Shown here piece after piece: positions 20,365 to 28,444 of a stretch of 34,716 bases of DNA (position 1 is the stretch's first letter; every line of letters begins with the position of its first letter). A program made the position numbers and the translations under genes. The stretch is from Vicinamibacterales bacterium. Its GTDB lineage: Bacteria > Acidobacteriota > Vicinamibacteria > Vicinamibacterales > CAVVIG01. Below the pieces are notes generated by a model. It did not search any database. It saw only the letters and a program-made list of their open reading frames with translations, and was not told the DNA's origin. The DNA lies in NCBI GenBank assembly GCA_035571855.1, contig DATNBT010000447.1, forward strand, positions 1 to 34,716, written 5' to 3'.

Positions 20365-21351
20365 TTACGGCACGAGGACGATTTTGCCGTGCGAGCCGGG
20401 CGCCATCACGGCGTCCTGCGCTTTGCCGGCGTCGGCGAGCGGAAATTCTTTCCCGACGACGGGCGTGAGCGTCCCGTTCGCCAGCCCCGCCATCATGTAG
20501 CTGTTGATCGACGCCATGTCGGCGTCGCTGATGTTGAACAGCGTCATGCCGATGATCATCGCGTCCTTGCCCATGGCCTGGCGCGCGTCGATCTCCACGC
20601 GTCCGCGGTTGCCGATGACGACGATGCGGCCGCGGTTCGCGATCAGCCCGAGATCCTTGTCGAGGTTGACGTGCGTCGCCATCTCGAGGACGACGTCGAC
20701 GCCTTTGCCGCCGGTCGCCTTCATGATCTCGTCGAGGTAGCCGGCCGTCGTGTGATTGAACACGGCGTCGGCGCCGCTCTCGCGGACCGACTGCAGACCT
20801 TTCTCGCTGCTGCCGGTGCCGAGCACGCGAATGCCGTGCGCGTGCGCGATCTGCGTCGCGGCCAGGCCGACGCCGCCTGTCGCGCCGTGGATCAGCACGG
20901 TCTCGCCGGGTTTCGTCTGCGCTTTGTGGAAGAGCGCGCGATACGCCGTCGCGTACGGCACGCCCATCGCCGCGCCCTGGCCGAACGTGACGCCGGCGGG
21001 CAGACGATACAGGTGATCGAGATTGCAGACGGCCTTCTGCGCGTACGCGCCGCCGTAGTGGCCGTGCGTGTGTTCGGCGGCGGTGCCGTGGATGAACACG
21101 CGGTCGCCGGGCTTCCAGCTCTTCACGTTCGCGCCGACCGATTCGATTTCACCGCCCGCGTCCGAGCCGGGAATGAACGGCAGCGAGGGTTTGCGCGCGT
21201 ACGCGCCGGTGCGGATGTACACGTCGACGGGATTCACGCCGACGGCCTTGAGACGAACCACCACCTGATCGGGACCGGCCTTCGGATCCGGAAGGTCTTC
21301 GAGCTTCAGCACCTCGGGACCGCCGTGCTCCCGCACGAGAATCGCCTTCAT
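20365..21351 (-). CDS. NADPH:quinone oxidoreductase (zeta-crystallin-like MDR family)
   Basis: 328 aa. MKAILVREHGGPEVLKLEDLPDPKAGPDQVVVRLKAVGVNPVDVYIRTGAY...PFIPGSDAGGEIESVG, and the Rossmann motif VLIHGATGGVGLAA. Confidence 0.9.
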   Translation of the reverse strand: MKAILVREHGGPEVLKLEDLPDPKAGPDQVVVRLKAVGVNPVDVYIRTGAYARKPSLPFIPGSDAGGEIESVGANVKSWKPGDRVFIHGTAAEHTHGHYGGAYAQKAVCNLDHLYRLPAGVTFGQGAAMGVPYATAYRALFHKAQTKPGETVLIHGATGGVGLAATQIAHAHGIRVLGTGSSEKGLQSVRESGADAVFNHTTAGYLDEIMKATGGKGVDVVLEMATHVNLDKDLGLIANRGRIVVIGNRGRVEIDARQAMGKDAMIIGMTLFNISDADMASINSYMMAGLANGTLTPVVGKEFPLADAGKAQDAVMAPGSHGKIVLVP

Positions 21352-21384
21352 GCGGCGATGCTATCATGAGAATTCGTCCTTCAC

Positions 21385-22635
21385 ATGAGCGTCATCAGGC
21401 TGCACAGGACAGTCGGCGTGAACGTCGGCGACGGCGTGCGGACACGAAAAGTCCAGGTCGGTGGCGGTGCGCCGATCGTCGTCCAGTCGATGACGATGAC
21501 CGACACCGCCGACGCGCGCGCGACCGCGCAGCAGTGCATCGAGCTCGCGGAAGCGGGATCGGAGCTCGTGCGCGTCACCGTGAATCTCCCGGAAGCCGCG
21601 GCGGCCGTGCCTGAGATCAGGCAGCGCATGCTCGACGCCGGATGCACGGCGCCGTTGATCGGGGACTTCCATTACAACGGACATCTGCTGCTGACGAAGT
21701 ATCCGGAGTGCGCGACCGCGCTCGACAAGTACCGCATCAACCCCGGCAACGTCGGCACCGGGCGGCGGCGCGACGAGCAGTTCTCGACGATCTGCAGAGT
21801 CGCCGTGGACAACAACAGGCCCGTCCGCATCGGCGTCAACGGCGGATCGCTGAACCAGGAGCTCGTCGTCGCGCGGATGCAGGAGAACACCGACCGCAAT
21901 CTCGGCAAGACGTCGGAAGAGATCATCAACGAGTGCATGGTGCTGTCGGCGGTCGAATCCACGGCGCTCGCGATCGAGTCGGGCCTGCGCAAGGATCAGA
22001 TCATCATCTCGTGCAAGACCTCGCGGCCGCGCGATCTCATCGGCGTGTACCGCGCGCTGGCGAAGCGGACCGATCAGCCGCTGCATCTCGGCCTCACCGA
22101 AGCCGGCATGGGGATGAAAGGGCTGGTGTGGTCGGCGTCGGCGATGGGCGTGCTGCTGAACGAGGGCATCGGCGACACCATCCGCATCTCGCTGACGCCG
22201 CGGCCCGGCGGCGATCGCCGCGAAGAGGTCTATGCCGCGTGCGAGCTGCTGCAGGCCCTCGGCCTGCGATCGTTCTCGCCGAGCGTGACGGCGTGTCCCG
22301 GCTGCGGACGCACGACGAGCTCCACGTTCCAGGAACTGGCCGAGCGGACGCAGGACTACATCCGCGAAAAGATGCCGGTCTGGAAGACGCAGTACGACGG
22401 CGTCGAGACGATGACGCTCGCCGTCATGGGCTGCATCGTGAACGGCCCGGGAGAATCAAAGGCGGCGAACATCGGAATTTCCCTGCCGGGCACGGGCGAG
22501 GAGCCGAGCTGCCCGATCTTCATCGACGGCCAGCACGTGCAGACGCTGCGCGGATCCTACGAAGAGCTGGCGGAGGAGTTTCAGAAGCTCGTCGACGACT
22601 ACGTGTCGACGAAGTATGCAGTTAAGAGAAGTTAG
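21385..22635 (+). CDS. ispG: 4-hydroxy-3-methylbut-2-en-1-yl diphosphate synthase (flavodoxin) IspG/GcpE
   Basis: 416 aa. [44 protein letters not shown] and the C-terminal Fe-S cysteines (ACPGCGRT ... GCIVNGPGE). Confidence 0.96.
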   Translation: MSVIRLHRTVGVNVGDGVRTRKVQVGGGAPIVVQSMTMTDTADARATAQQCIELAEAGSELVRVTVNLPEAAAAVPEIRQRMLDAGCTAPLIGDFHYNGHLLLTKYPECATALDKYRINPGNVGTGRRRDEQFSTICRVAVDNNRPVRIGVNGGSLNQELVVARMQENTDRNLGKTSEEIINECMVLSAVESTALAIESGLRKDQIIISCKTSRPRDLIGVYRALAKRTDQPLHLGLTEAGMGMKGLVWSASAMGVLLNEGIGDTIRISLTPRPGGDRREEVYAACELLQALGLRSFSPSVTACPGCGRTTSSTFQELAERTQDYIREKMPVWKTQYDGVETMTLAVMGCIVNGPGESKAANIGISLPGTGEEPSCPIFIDGQHVQTLRGSYEELAEEFQKLVDDYVSTKYAVKRS

Positions 22636-22654
22636 AACCAGTCCAGACGAATTT

Positions 22655-22690
22655 GCGGCGCGGTCCCGACATGCGCCGCTTATCGGTTTT
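22655..22690 (+). terminator. Rho-independent terminator candidate for ispG
   Basis: GCGGCGC (22655-22661) pairs with GCGCCGC (22673-22679) across an 11-nt loop and is followed by TTATCGGTTTT. Confidence 0.55.
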
Positions 22691-22695
22691 CGCGG

Positions 22696-22715
22696 CGTCC
22701 GCCTTTAGGCGGACG
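22696..22715 (-). terminator. Stem-loop downstream of apaG (CGTCCGCC-TTTA-GGCGGACG)
   Basis: A perfect 8-bp GC-rich stem with a 4-nt loop lies immediately after the apaG stop (22720-22722). There is no clear U-tract on the minus strand. Confidence 0.45.
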
Positions 22716-22719
22716 TCGA

Positions 22720-23136
22720 CTAGTGGACGGTGTACGGCTCGTGCAGCGCGAACGGCGCGATCTCGACATCGAAATGGTCGCCGTCTTCGGTGACCATCTG
22801 ATACGTCCCCTTCATCACGCCCGTCGACGTCGAAAGTTCGCAGTTTGACGTGTACTGAAAGGACTCGCCGGGATGGAGCAGCGGCTGCTCGCCGACGACG
22901 CCGGGGCCGCGGACTTCCTGCGTGTGGCCCGTCGCGTCGGTGATGATCCAGTGGCGGCTGATCAGCTGGACGTTGTCGTCGCCCTCGTTCGTGATGCGGA
23001 CCGTGTACATGAAGTGCCAGAGCTGTTCGAACGGCTGCGACCGATCGGGCACGAACTGCGATTCGACTTCGACACGAACGTTGTTCGTGATCGCTTCCGA
23101 CGCTGAGGCGTGCAGCGGCTGACCTTTGTATTCCAT
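22720..23136 (-). CDS. apaG: ApaG (DUF525) protein
   Basis: 138 aa. [20 protein letters not shown]...[58 protein letters not shown] matches the ApaG signature. Confidence 0.92.
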   Translation of the reverse strand: MEYKGQPLHASASEAITNNVRVEVESQFVPDRSQPFEQLWHFMYTVRITNEGDDNVQLISRHWIITDATGHTQEVRGPGVVGEQPLLHPGESFQYTSNCELSTSTGVMKGTYQMVTEDGDHFDVEIAPFALHEPYTVH

Positions 23137-23210
23137 GGACGCGCCCGCAGGGGCACCTTCATGATATCAATAGATTTTTCCGCTGCACAGAACCGCACGG
23201 AGGCGCATTG

Positions 23211-23573
23211 ATGGGCCAGTGGGAGAGCGAACGGCAGGTCGCGGCGAAGATCGGCGTGTCCGTGGCGAAGCGCCACATCTTTCTCTGCGCCGACCAGACG
23301 ACGCCGAAGTGCTGTGACAAAGAACGCGGAATCGCCGCGTGGGACTATCTGAAGAAGCGGCTCAAGGAGCTCGGCCTTTCCGACCAGGGCGGCGTGCTGA
23401 GAACCAAAGCCAACTGCCTCCGGATCTGCGAAGGCGGTCCCGTCGCCGTCGTGTATCCGGAAGGCACCTGGTACGGGCAGTGCGATCCGCCGGTGCTCGA
23501 GCGGATCATCCAGGAACATCTCGTCGGCGGGCAACCCGTTCAGGAATTTCTGATCACGTCGCACCCGTTGTAA
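23211..23573 (+). CDS. Thioredoxin-like [2Fe-2S] ferredoxin
   Basis: The Cys pattern [14 protein letters not shown] ... [21 protein letters not shown] is typical of the COG3411 2Fe-2S ferredoxin family. ATG at 23211 has a GGAGG SD 8 nt upstream. The track start TTG at 23208 is one codon earlier. Confidence 0.8.
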   Translation: MGQWESERQVAAKIGVSVAKRHIFLCADQTTPKCCDKERGIAAWDYLKKRLKELGLSDQGGVLRTKANCLRICEGGPVAVVYPEGTWYGQCDPPVLERIIQEHLVGGQPVQEFLITSHPL

Positions 23574-24204
23574 TCCAGCGCACGATCGTCTGCTGGATGC
23601 CGGCGTAGATTGCCGCCTGCTTCGCGGGATCTTTTCTACTCAGCTTGAACGAGTGGTCGCCGCCGTCGACGACGTGCAGCGCCGGCGGCGGATCGAGTCG
23701 CGCGAGGATCGGCGCGAGCTCGCCGGGCGTCCCGAACGTGTCGCGGCTTCCCTGCACGAACAGCATCGGGCGCTGTACCTGTGGCAGGTGCGCGTCCCGC
23801 AGTTTCTGCGGCTGTCCCGGCGGATGCAGCGGATAGCCGAGCAGCACGAGCCCGGCGACGGGCAGTCCGGCGTCGGCCGCGGCGACCTGCGTCGCGATGC
23901 GGCCGCCCATCGATTTGCCGCCGATGAACAGCGCCCGCCTGGCGCTGTCGACATGCTCGCGTACGTGTTCGATCACCGCACGGTACGTCTCTTCGAGCAC
24001 GGGTGCGCGATCCGGCAGCTTCCGCTTTTCTTCGATGTAGAGAAAGTTGAACGTGACGACGTCGAGTCCGAGGGCGGACAGCGCCCTGGCGAATTCGATC
24101 ATGAACGGGCTGTCGTGCCCGGCCCCGGCGCCGTGGCCGAGCACGAACGCCGCCGGCGCGGGATGGCCGGCGGCGTAGATCCGGATGTCAGAAGGCTTTT
24201 TCAA
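23554..24204 (-). CDS. Alpha/beta hydrolase (COG3571 / KANL3-Tex30-like)
   Basis: 216 aa. N-terminal [13 protein letters not shown] motif, nucleophile elbow GGKSMGGR, and a C-terminal GGDHSF block supplying the His. The TTG start at 24204 overlaps the BON gene end by 17 nt. The 3' end overlaps the convergent ferredoxin gene by 20 nt. Confidence 0.8.
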   Translation of the reverse strand: MKKPSDIRIYAAGHPAPAAFVLGHGAGAGHDSPFMIEFARALSALGLDVVTFNFLYIEEKRKLPDRAPVLEETYRAVIEHVREHVDSARRALFIGGKSMGGRIATQVAAADAGLPVAGLVLLGYPLHPPGQPQKLRDAHLPQVQRPMLFVQGSRDTFGTPGELAPILARLDPPPALHVVDGGDHSFKLSRKDPAKQAAIYAGIQQTIVRWITTGAT

Positions 24205-24742
24205 GCGCGTCGCGCGCCTCGGCTTCCGTCTTCAGGTTGTTCTTCACCGACATCACGCCGAACTGCGTCGTCGCGATCGAGCTGGCGATCGCGCGGTCGG
24301 TGTCGTTCAGCACGACGCCTTCGAGCGTCACGCGGCTGTGCTCGACGACGATGTGAATCGGCTGATTGGGACCGATCGCGTAGTTCCAGAAGTTCGGATT
24401 GCTGTAGATGGCGCGGGCAAGACGATACCGCAGTTGATCGTCGAACTGCGACACCGGCAGGACGGCGATCCTGTCGTTCACCCGCTTCACGCCGTCCACT
24501 TTCGCGACGCGCTTCTCGATGTCGTCGCGCTTGTACGGCATCGTCACCCGTCCGGTCAGCGTCACGACGCCGTTCTTCACCTGGGCGTCGACGTTGTCGA
24601 AGACCGTGAAGTGCGCGTAGCGCTGGACGGTTTTCGAGATGTCGTTGAACACCTGAAGATCTTTTCTGTCGCCGGTGTCCGCCAGTGCCGCGGTTGCCAG
24701 CAACGCGAAACCGGCCACAAACGTAAGCAGTCGCTTCGTCAT
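24188..24742 (-). CDS. Periplasmic BON domain protein (OsmY-like), two BON domains
   Basis: 184 aa. Signal peptide MTKRLLTFVAGFALLATAALA. Two BON-like units are present (VDAQVKNGVVTLTGRV...VKRVNDRIAV and IHIVVEHSRVTLEGVV...VMSVKNNLK). There is a GGGAGG SD upstream of the ATG. Confidence 0.8.
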   Translation of the reverse strand: MTKRLLTFVAGFALLATAALADTGDRKDLQVFNDISKTVQRYAHFTVFDNVDAQVKNGVVTLTGRVTMPYKRDDIEKRVAKVDGVKRVNDRIAVLPVSQFDDQLRYRLARAIYSNPNFWNYAIGPNQPIHIVVEHSRVTLEGVVLNDTDRAIASSIATTQFGVMSVKNNLKTEAEARDALEKAF

Positions 24743-24821
24743 AGGGCCTCCCTTGAGTTTGATCAGGAGAGGGGCAAATCCAGTACCAGCCTTTTTGTCC
24801 TCCGACGTGGACGCGCGGCCG

Positions 24822-25964
24822 TTAGTGGCCCGCGAACGCGAGGCCGAGGCCGTAGGTGATCGCCGCCTCGAGGATGCCGACGGCGGTCATCTCCAGTCCG
24901 CTGGCCCACCACGACCGTGTCGTGACAAGCGCTTTCGAGGCGCCGACGGCGAAGTGCGCGATGGTGCTGATGACAAACGACGCAATCACCGCGGGCATGC
25001 CGACGGCGAAGAAGAACGGGATGATCGGGATGAAGCCGCCGATGGCCGTGGATACGCTCGCCGAGAGCGTCGACCGCCACGGGTTCGGGAACGTCTCTTC
25101 GGACAGACCGAGCTCTTCCTGCGTCAGCGCGCGCAGAAACTGTTTCGGCTCCTTCGAAATCTGTTCGGCCATCCGCCGCGATTCCTCCGCGGAAAATCCC
25201 TTGAGCTGGTAGAACAGCTCGAGCTCGAGGATTTCCTCCTGCGGATCGGTCTCCATCTCGAGTTTCTCGCGCGAGACCTCCGACTCGTACAGCTCGCGCT
25301 GCGATTTCGACGACAGATACGCGCCCGCGCCCATCGACAGCGCGCTCGCCAGCGTGCCCGCGAGACCCGCGGCCAGCACGACTTCGCTGCCGCCGGTGTA
25401 GCCGGCCATGCCGGACACGATGCCGAACACGGCGCCGAGGCCGTCGTTGACGCCGTAGATCGCGTCGCCAATCCAGCCGGTGCCGCGGCGGTGCCAGCGT
25501 TCGCGGTGGAGGATGGTGTCGAGCGTCGATCGGGGCGTCGGAATTTTTCCGCCGGCGAGCGTGCGGAGAATCACCGCGTGATCGCGTTCCTCGAGCATCG
25601 CTTCTTCGGCGATCCGCTTGTCCGCGGGATCGCTCAGCCGGGCCATGAGGTCGCCGTATTCATGGTCGGCCTTCGTTTCTTCCTGCTCGAGCCGATGCAG
25701 GACGACCGTCGGATCGCTGATCTTCTGGAACCACGTCAGCCCGCGCTCGATCTCCTTCGGGTCGGGGATCTTTCCGGTCGCGGCGGCAATCCGCTCGGAC
25801 CAGCGCGCCGCGTGTTTGTCTTCCTGCTCGGCAAGACGCAGCAGGATGTCGCGCCGCTTCTGATCGGTTTCCCGCTCGGCGAGGAGCTTGTACGTGTGCG
25901 CGGCCTCGACCTCGCGTCTCCACATCTTCTCGACGGTGGCGAGATTGACTTTGTCGATGGCCAT
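24822..25964 (-). CDS. mbfA: Ferritin-like (erythrin) domain fused to a VIT1/CCC1 iron transporter domain (MbfA-type)
   Basis: 380 aa. The N-terminus has two ExxH di-iron motifs (LAEQEDKHAARW; MLEERDHAVIL). The C-terminus has the VIT1 hallmarks (IYGVNDGLGAVFGIVSGMAG, multiple TM segments). This architecture matches the membrane-bound ferritin MbfA of alpha-proteobacteria. Confidence 0.85.
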   Translation of the reverse strand: MAIDKVNLATVEKMWRREVEAAHTYKLLAERETDQKRRDILLRLAEQEDKHAARWSERIAAATGKIPDPKEIERGLTWFQKISDPTVVLHRLEQEETKADHEYGDLMARLSDPADKRIAEEAMLEERDHAVILRTLAGGKIPTPRSTLDTILHRERWHRRGTGWIGDAIYGVNDGLGAVFGIVSGMAGYTGGSEVVLAAGLAGTLASALSMGAGAYLSSKSQRELYESEVSREKLEMETDPQEEILELELFYQLKGFSAEESRRMAEQISKEPKQFLRALTQEELGLSEETFPNPWRSTLSASVSTAIGGFIPIIPFFFAVGMPAVIASFVISTIAHFAVGASKALVTTRSWWASGLEMTAVGILEAAITYGLGLAFAGH

Positions 25965-25965
25965 G

Positions 25966-26715
25966 TCAGACGCCGAACAGCTTCTCGAAGACGACGATCG
26001 TCAGGATGCCGAGTCCGATCAGCACGACCTGCCGCACGGCGTTGGCGTCGATCTGCCCGCGATGGAGATCCGGGATGAGGTCCGACATGGCGATGTAGAG
26101 CAGGCTCGCCGACGAGAACGCGAGGATGTACGGCCGGATTCCGGGAATCGCGCCGACGGCCGCATACGCGACGATCGCGCCGACGATGCCGGCGCCGCCC
26201 GACACGAGATTCAGCATCAGCGCGCCGCCGCGGCTGTAGCCCGCGCCGAGAAGAATCGCGACGTCGCCGACTTCCTGCGGGATCTCGTGGGCGGCGACGG
26301 CGATCGCCGTGTTGACGCCGAGCGGCACGGACGTCATGACCGCGGCGGAGATGATCGCGCCGTCGATGAAGTTGTGGAACGCGTCGCCGATGACGACGAG
26401 CGGCACCGTCGCGCCGTGCACCGCGCATTCGTCCGTGTGGCAGTGCCGCAGCAGCACCAGCTTTTCGAGGATGAAGAAGGTCATGATGCCCAGCAGCAGC
26501 GTCCCGAACACCATCGTCGGCTTCAGCGAATCGAGCGATTCGGGCAGGAGCGCGAGCAGCGCGACGCCGAGCAGCGCGCCGACGGCGTAGCTGACGAGCC
26601 ACGGAATCAGGCGCGTCCGGATGCGATGCGTGAAGAGCAGCAGGGAGCTGGCGATGATGAGACCGCCGCAGCTGCCGAGAAGACTCAGGCCGAGCGCGGT
26701 CACGAGCAGAGGCAC
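25966..26715 (-). CDS. ZIP family metal cation transporter (GufA/ZupT-like)
   Basis: 249 aa with about 8 TM segments. Motifs HNFIDGAII and AHEIPQEVGDVAILL. GTG start at 26715. Its TGA stop (25966-25968) is 1 nt from the mbfA-type ATG. Confidence 0.88.
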   Translation of the reverse strand: MPLLVTALGLSLLGSCGGLIIASSLLLFTHRIRTRLIPWLVSYAVGALLGVALLALLPESLDSLKPTMVFGTLLLGIMTFFILEKLVLLRHCHTDECAVHGATVPLVVIGDAFHNFIDGAIISAAVMTSVPLGVNTAIAVAAHEIPQEVGDVAILLGAGYSRGGALMLNLVSGGAGIVGAIVAYAAVGAIPGIRPYILAFSSASLLYIAMSDLIPDLHRGQIDANAVRQVVLIGLGILTIVVFEKLFGV

Positions 26716-26744
26716 GCGCTATTCTAACTGCGACGCGCTCCCGC

Positions 26745-27812
26745 TCAGTTGGCGAAGTAGCCCCTGCGCGCCCGGACGCGATAGCCGCGATTCCGCATGT
26801 CGACGCGGATCGAGTGCCAGCGGCCGTCTTTCTTCCCGGGCGACTGATAGCCGAGGTAGTACTGCTTGCTCAGTTCGTCGGCGATGCCGGCCGTCGCCGG
26901 ATCGAGATCGCGCGGCACGCGGATGATTTCCGTGCGGCCGCCGCTGTCGTCGGTCATGTCGCGCAGCGCGGACACGTTCACGCGATCGTCCAGCGTCCCC
27001 TGCCAGGACGGCTTGCCGCCGCCGGGCGCGCCGGGTCCGCCGATCGGCGGCTGCGGCGTCGACGGCGGAAAGCGCCCGGCGCCGCCACGCGGTGCGCCGG
27101 GGAAGGGCAGCGGAATCGGAATCGGCGTGCGCGGCGGCGGCGACACCGGCGCGCGTCTGACGACCTGCTCGCCTTCGCCGTCGATGCCGACCGCGTACAC
27201 GAGCACTTCGCTCTGGCGGATCTGCTCCTTCAGGTCGCGAATCTCCGTGCGGCTCGACGTGTCGTTGCCGTCCGAGATGATCACCAGCGCCTTCTTGCGG
27301 TTCCGTCCCTGCTCCGCCAGCGGGATCGCCTTCGCGACGGCGTCGTACATCGCCGTCGCGCCGTTCGGCGTCAGGCGGTCGAGCGGATCGAGCAGCTCGC
27401 GTCGATCGCGCGTCCAGCCCTGCACGAGCACCGGGTAGTTGCTGAAGCGATAGAGGAAGAGCTCGTCGTCGCGATCGAGCAGGTCGCTGACGAACCGGCC
27501 GATCGCCGCGCGCGCGGCGTTCATCTTCTCGCCGGCCATGCTGCCGCTGGTGTCGAGGGCGATGCCGAGGCTTACCGGGACGCGTTCGGCGCTGAAGTGC
27601 GTGACGTCCATGCGCTGATCGTCTTCATAGACGATGAAGTCGTCCTGCGTGAGGTTCGGCACGAAACGGCCGTCGACGTCCGACACGGTGGCCGTGACGT
27701 TGATCAGCTCGACGCCGCTGCGGAACCGGAACTGGCCGCTGTCCTGCGCGCGCAGCACGGCGGCGGCGGCGACGAGCGCGGCGGCCGCGGCGGCGAATCG
27801 GATACGCGTCAT
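26745..27812 (-). CDS. Secreted VWA domain protein (Acidobacteria-type VWFA-related family)
   Basis: 355 aa. Signal peptide, then FRFRSGVELINVTATVSD..GRFVPNLTQDDFIVYEDD, a MIDAS motif DTSGSM, a Pro/Gly-rich insert, and the C-terminus WHSIRVDMRNRGYRVRARRGYFAN. Its ATG overlaps the upstream TGA (ATGA at 27809-27812). Confidence 0.85.
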   Translation of the reverse strand: MTRIRFAAAAAALVAAAAVLRAQDSGQFRFRSGVELINVTATVSDVDGRFVPNLTQDDFIVYEDDQRMDVTHFSAERVPVSLGIALDTSGSMAGEKMNAARAAIGRFVSDLLDRDDELFLYRFSNYPVLVQGWTRDRRELLDPLDRLTPNGATAMYDAVAKAIPLAEQGRNRKKALVIISDGNDTSSRTEIRDLKEQIRQSEVLVYAVGIDGEGEQVVRRAPVSPPPRTPIPIPLPFPGAPRGGAGRFPPSTPQPPIGGPGAPGGGKPSWQGTLDDRVNVSALRDMTDDSGGRTEIIRVPRDLDPATAGIADELSKQYYLGYQSPGKKDGRWHSIRVDMRNRGYRVRARRGYFAN

Positions 27813-28444
27813 GACGTCCTTCGATCGACGTGCGGTTCCAGGCGCGCGTCTGAACGGAAACTTAACCGAAAACGGTCGATGTCGGCAGCCCCGGACACGG
27901 TGACGACAAACGGCGCGGTCGCGCCGGGCAGCAGGCGTGCGTTCGGAAGCGCGGAGCGGCCCGACGCCACGACCGAGCCGTCGTGGCCGACAAGCACGAC
28001 GACGGCAGAGAGGCCGTCACGCTCCGAGGAATCTGCGGGATTGCGGACGACGCCGCGGACGATCAGATGCCCGCCTTCGCGTTCGTGATCGAGTTCGAGC
28101 AGCTCGAGAGGCACGTCGCTCGGCTGAAGCCTCGCGTTCCGCGACGGCGAGTCGGAGCGCGTGCGAGCGATAAAGATCCCTGCACCGCCCAGGGCGCCGA
28201 CGACGCAGATGCCGGCCAGCATAGTAATAAGGTAGCGAGGCCGATTGTCCGGCCGAGCGGTTTCCAGCAGTTGGGCGACGGTCACCGACGAGCCGCCGTC
28301 TTCTTCGTACAGCGCTTCAGCGAGCTGCGCGACGCGTGCGTCGGACCGCCGGCGCTCCTCGCGAGTCATGCGCCACGCGACCGCCGACATGAATCCGGCG
28401 ACGAGCAGCGAGACGCCGGTAATGGCGAGCAGGATCGCGTTCAT
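27809..28444 (-). CDS. Hypothetical two-TM membrane protein with a C-terminal DUF3426-like beta domain
   Basis: The start at MNAILLAITGVSLLVAGFMS (ATG at 28444) overlaps the upstream TGA by 4 nt. A second TM is YLITMLAGICVVGALGGAGIFI. The C-terminal LELLELDHEREGGHLIVRGVVRNPADSSERDGLSAVVVLVGHDGSVV...LLPGATAPFVV pattern resembles DUF3426; this rests on my recollection of the family pattern. Confidence 0.6.
   Translation of the reverse strand: MNAILLAITGVSLLVAGFMSAVAWRMTREERRRSDARVAQLAEALYEEDGGSSVTVAQLLETARPDNRPRYLITMLAGICVVGALGGAGIFIARTRSDSPSRNARLQPSDVPLELLELDHEREGGHLIVRGVVRNPADSSERDGLSAVVVLVGHDGSVVASGRSALPNARLLPGATAPFVVTVSGAADIDRFRLSFRSDARLEPHVDRRTS

Noticed and set aside
19042-21369. 775-aa ORF on the plus strand spanning the UPF0182 and quinone oxidoreductase genes
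   Set aside because: It crosses the boundary of two well-supported minus-strand genes and has an Arg/Asp/Glu/Ala-rich composition with no motifs. It is an antisense artefact.
24675-28088. Plus-strand ORFs over the MbfA/ZIP/VWA genes (24675-26078, 25888-26727, 26814-28088) and the minus-strand off-frame ORF 25736-26602
   Set aside because: The minus-strand genes carry specific motifs (ExxH x2, VIT1, HEIPQE, DTSGSM). These ORFs are compositionally biased off-frame or antisense products.
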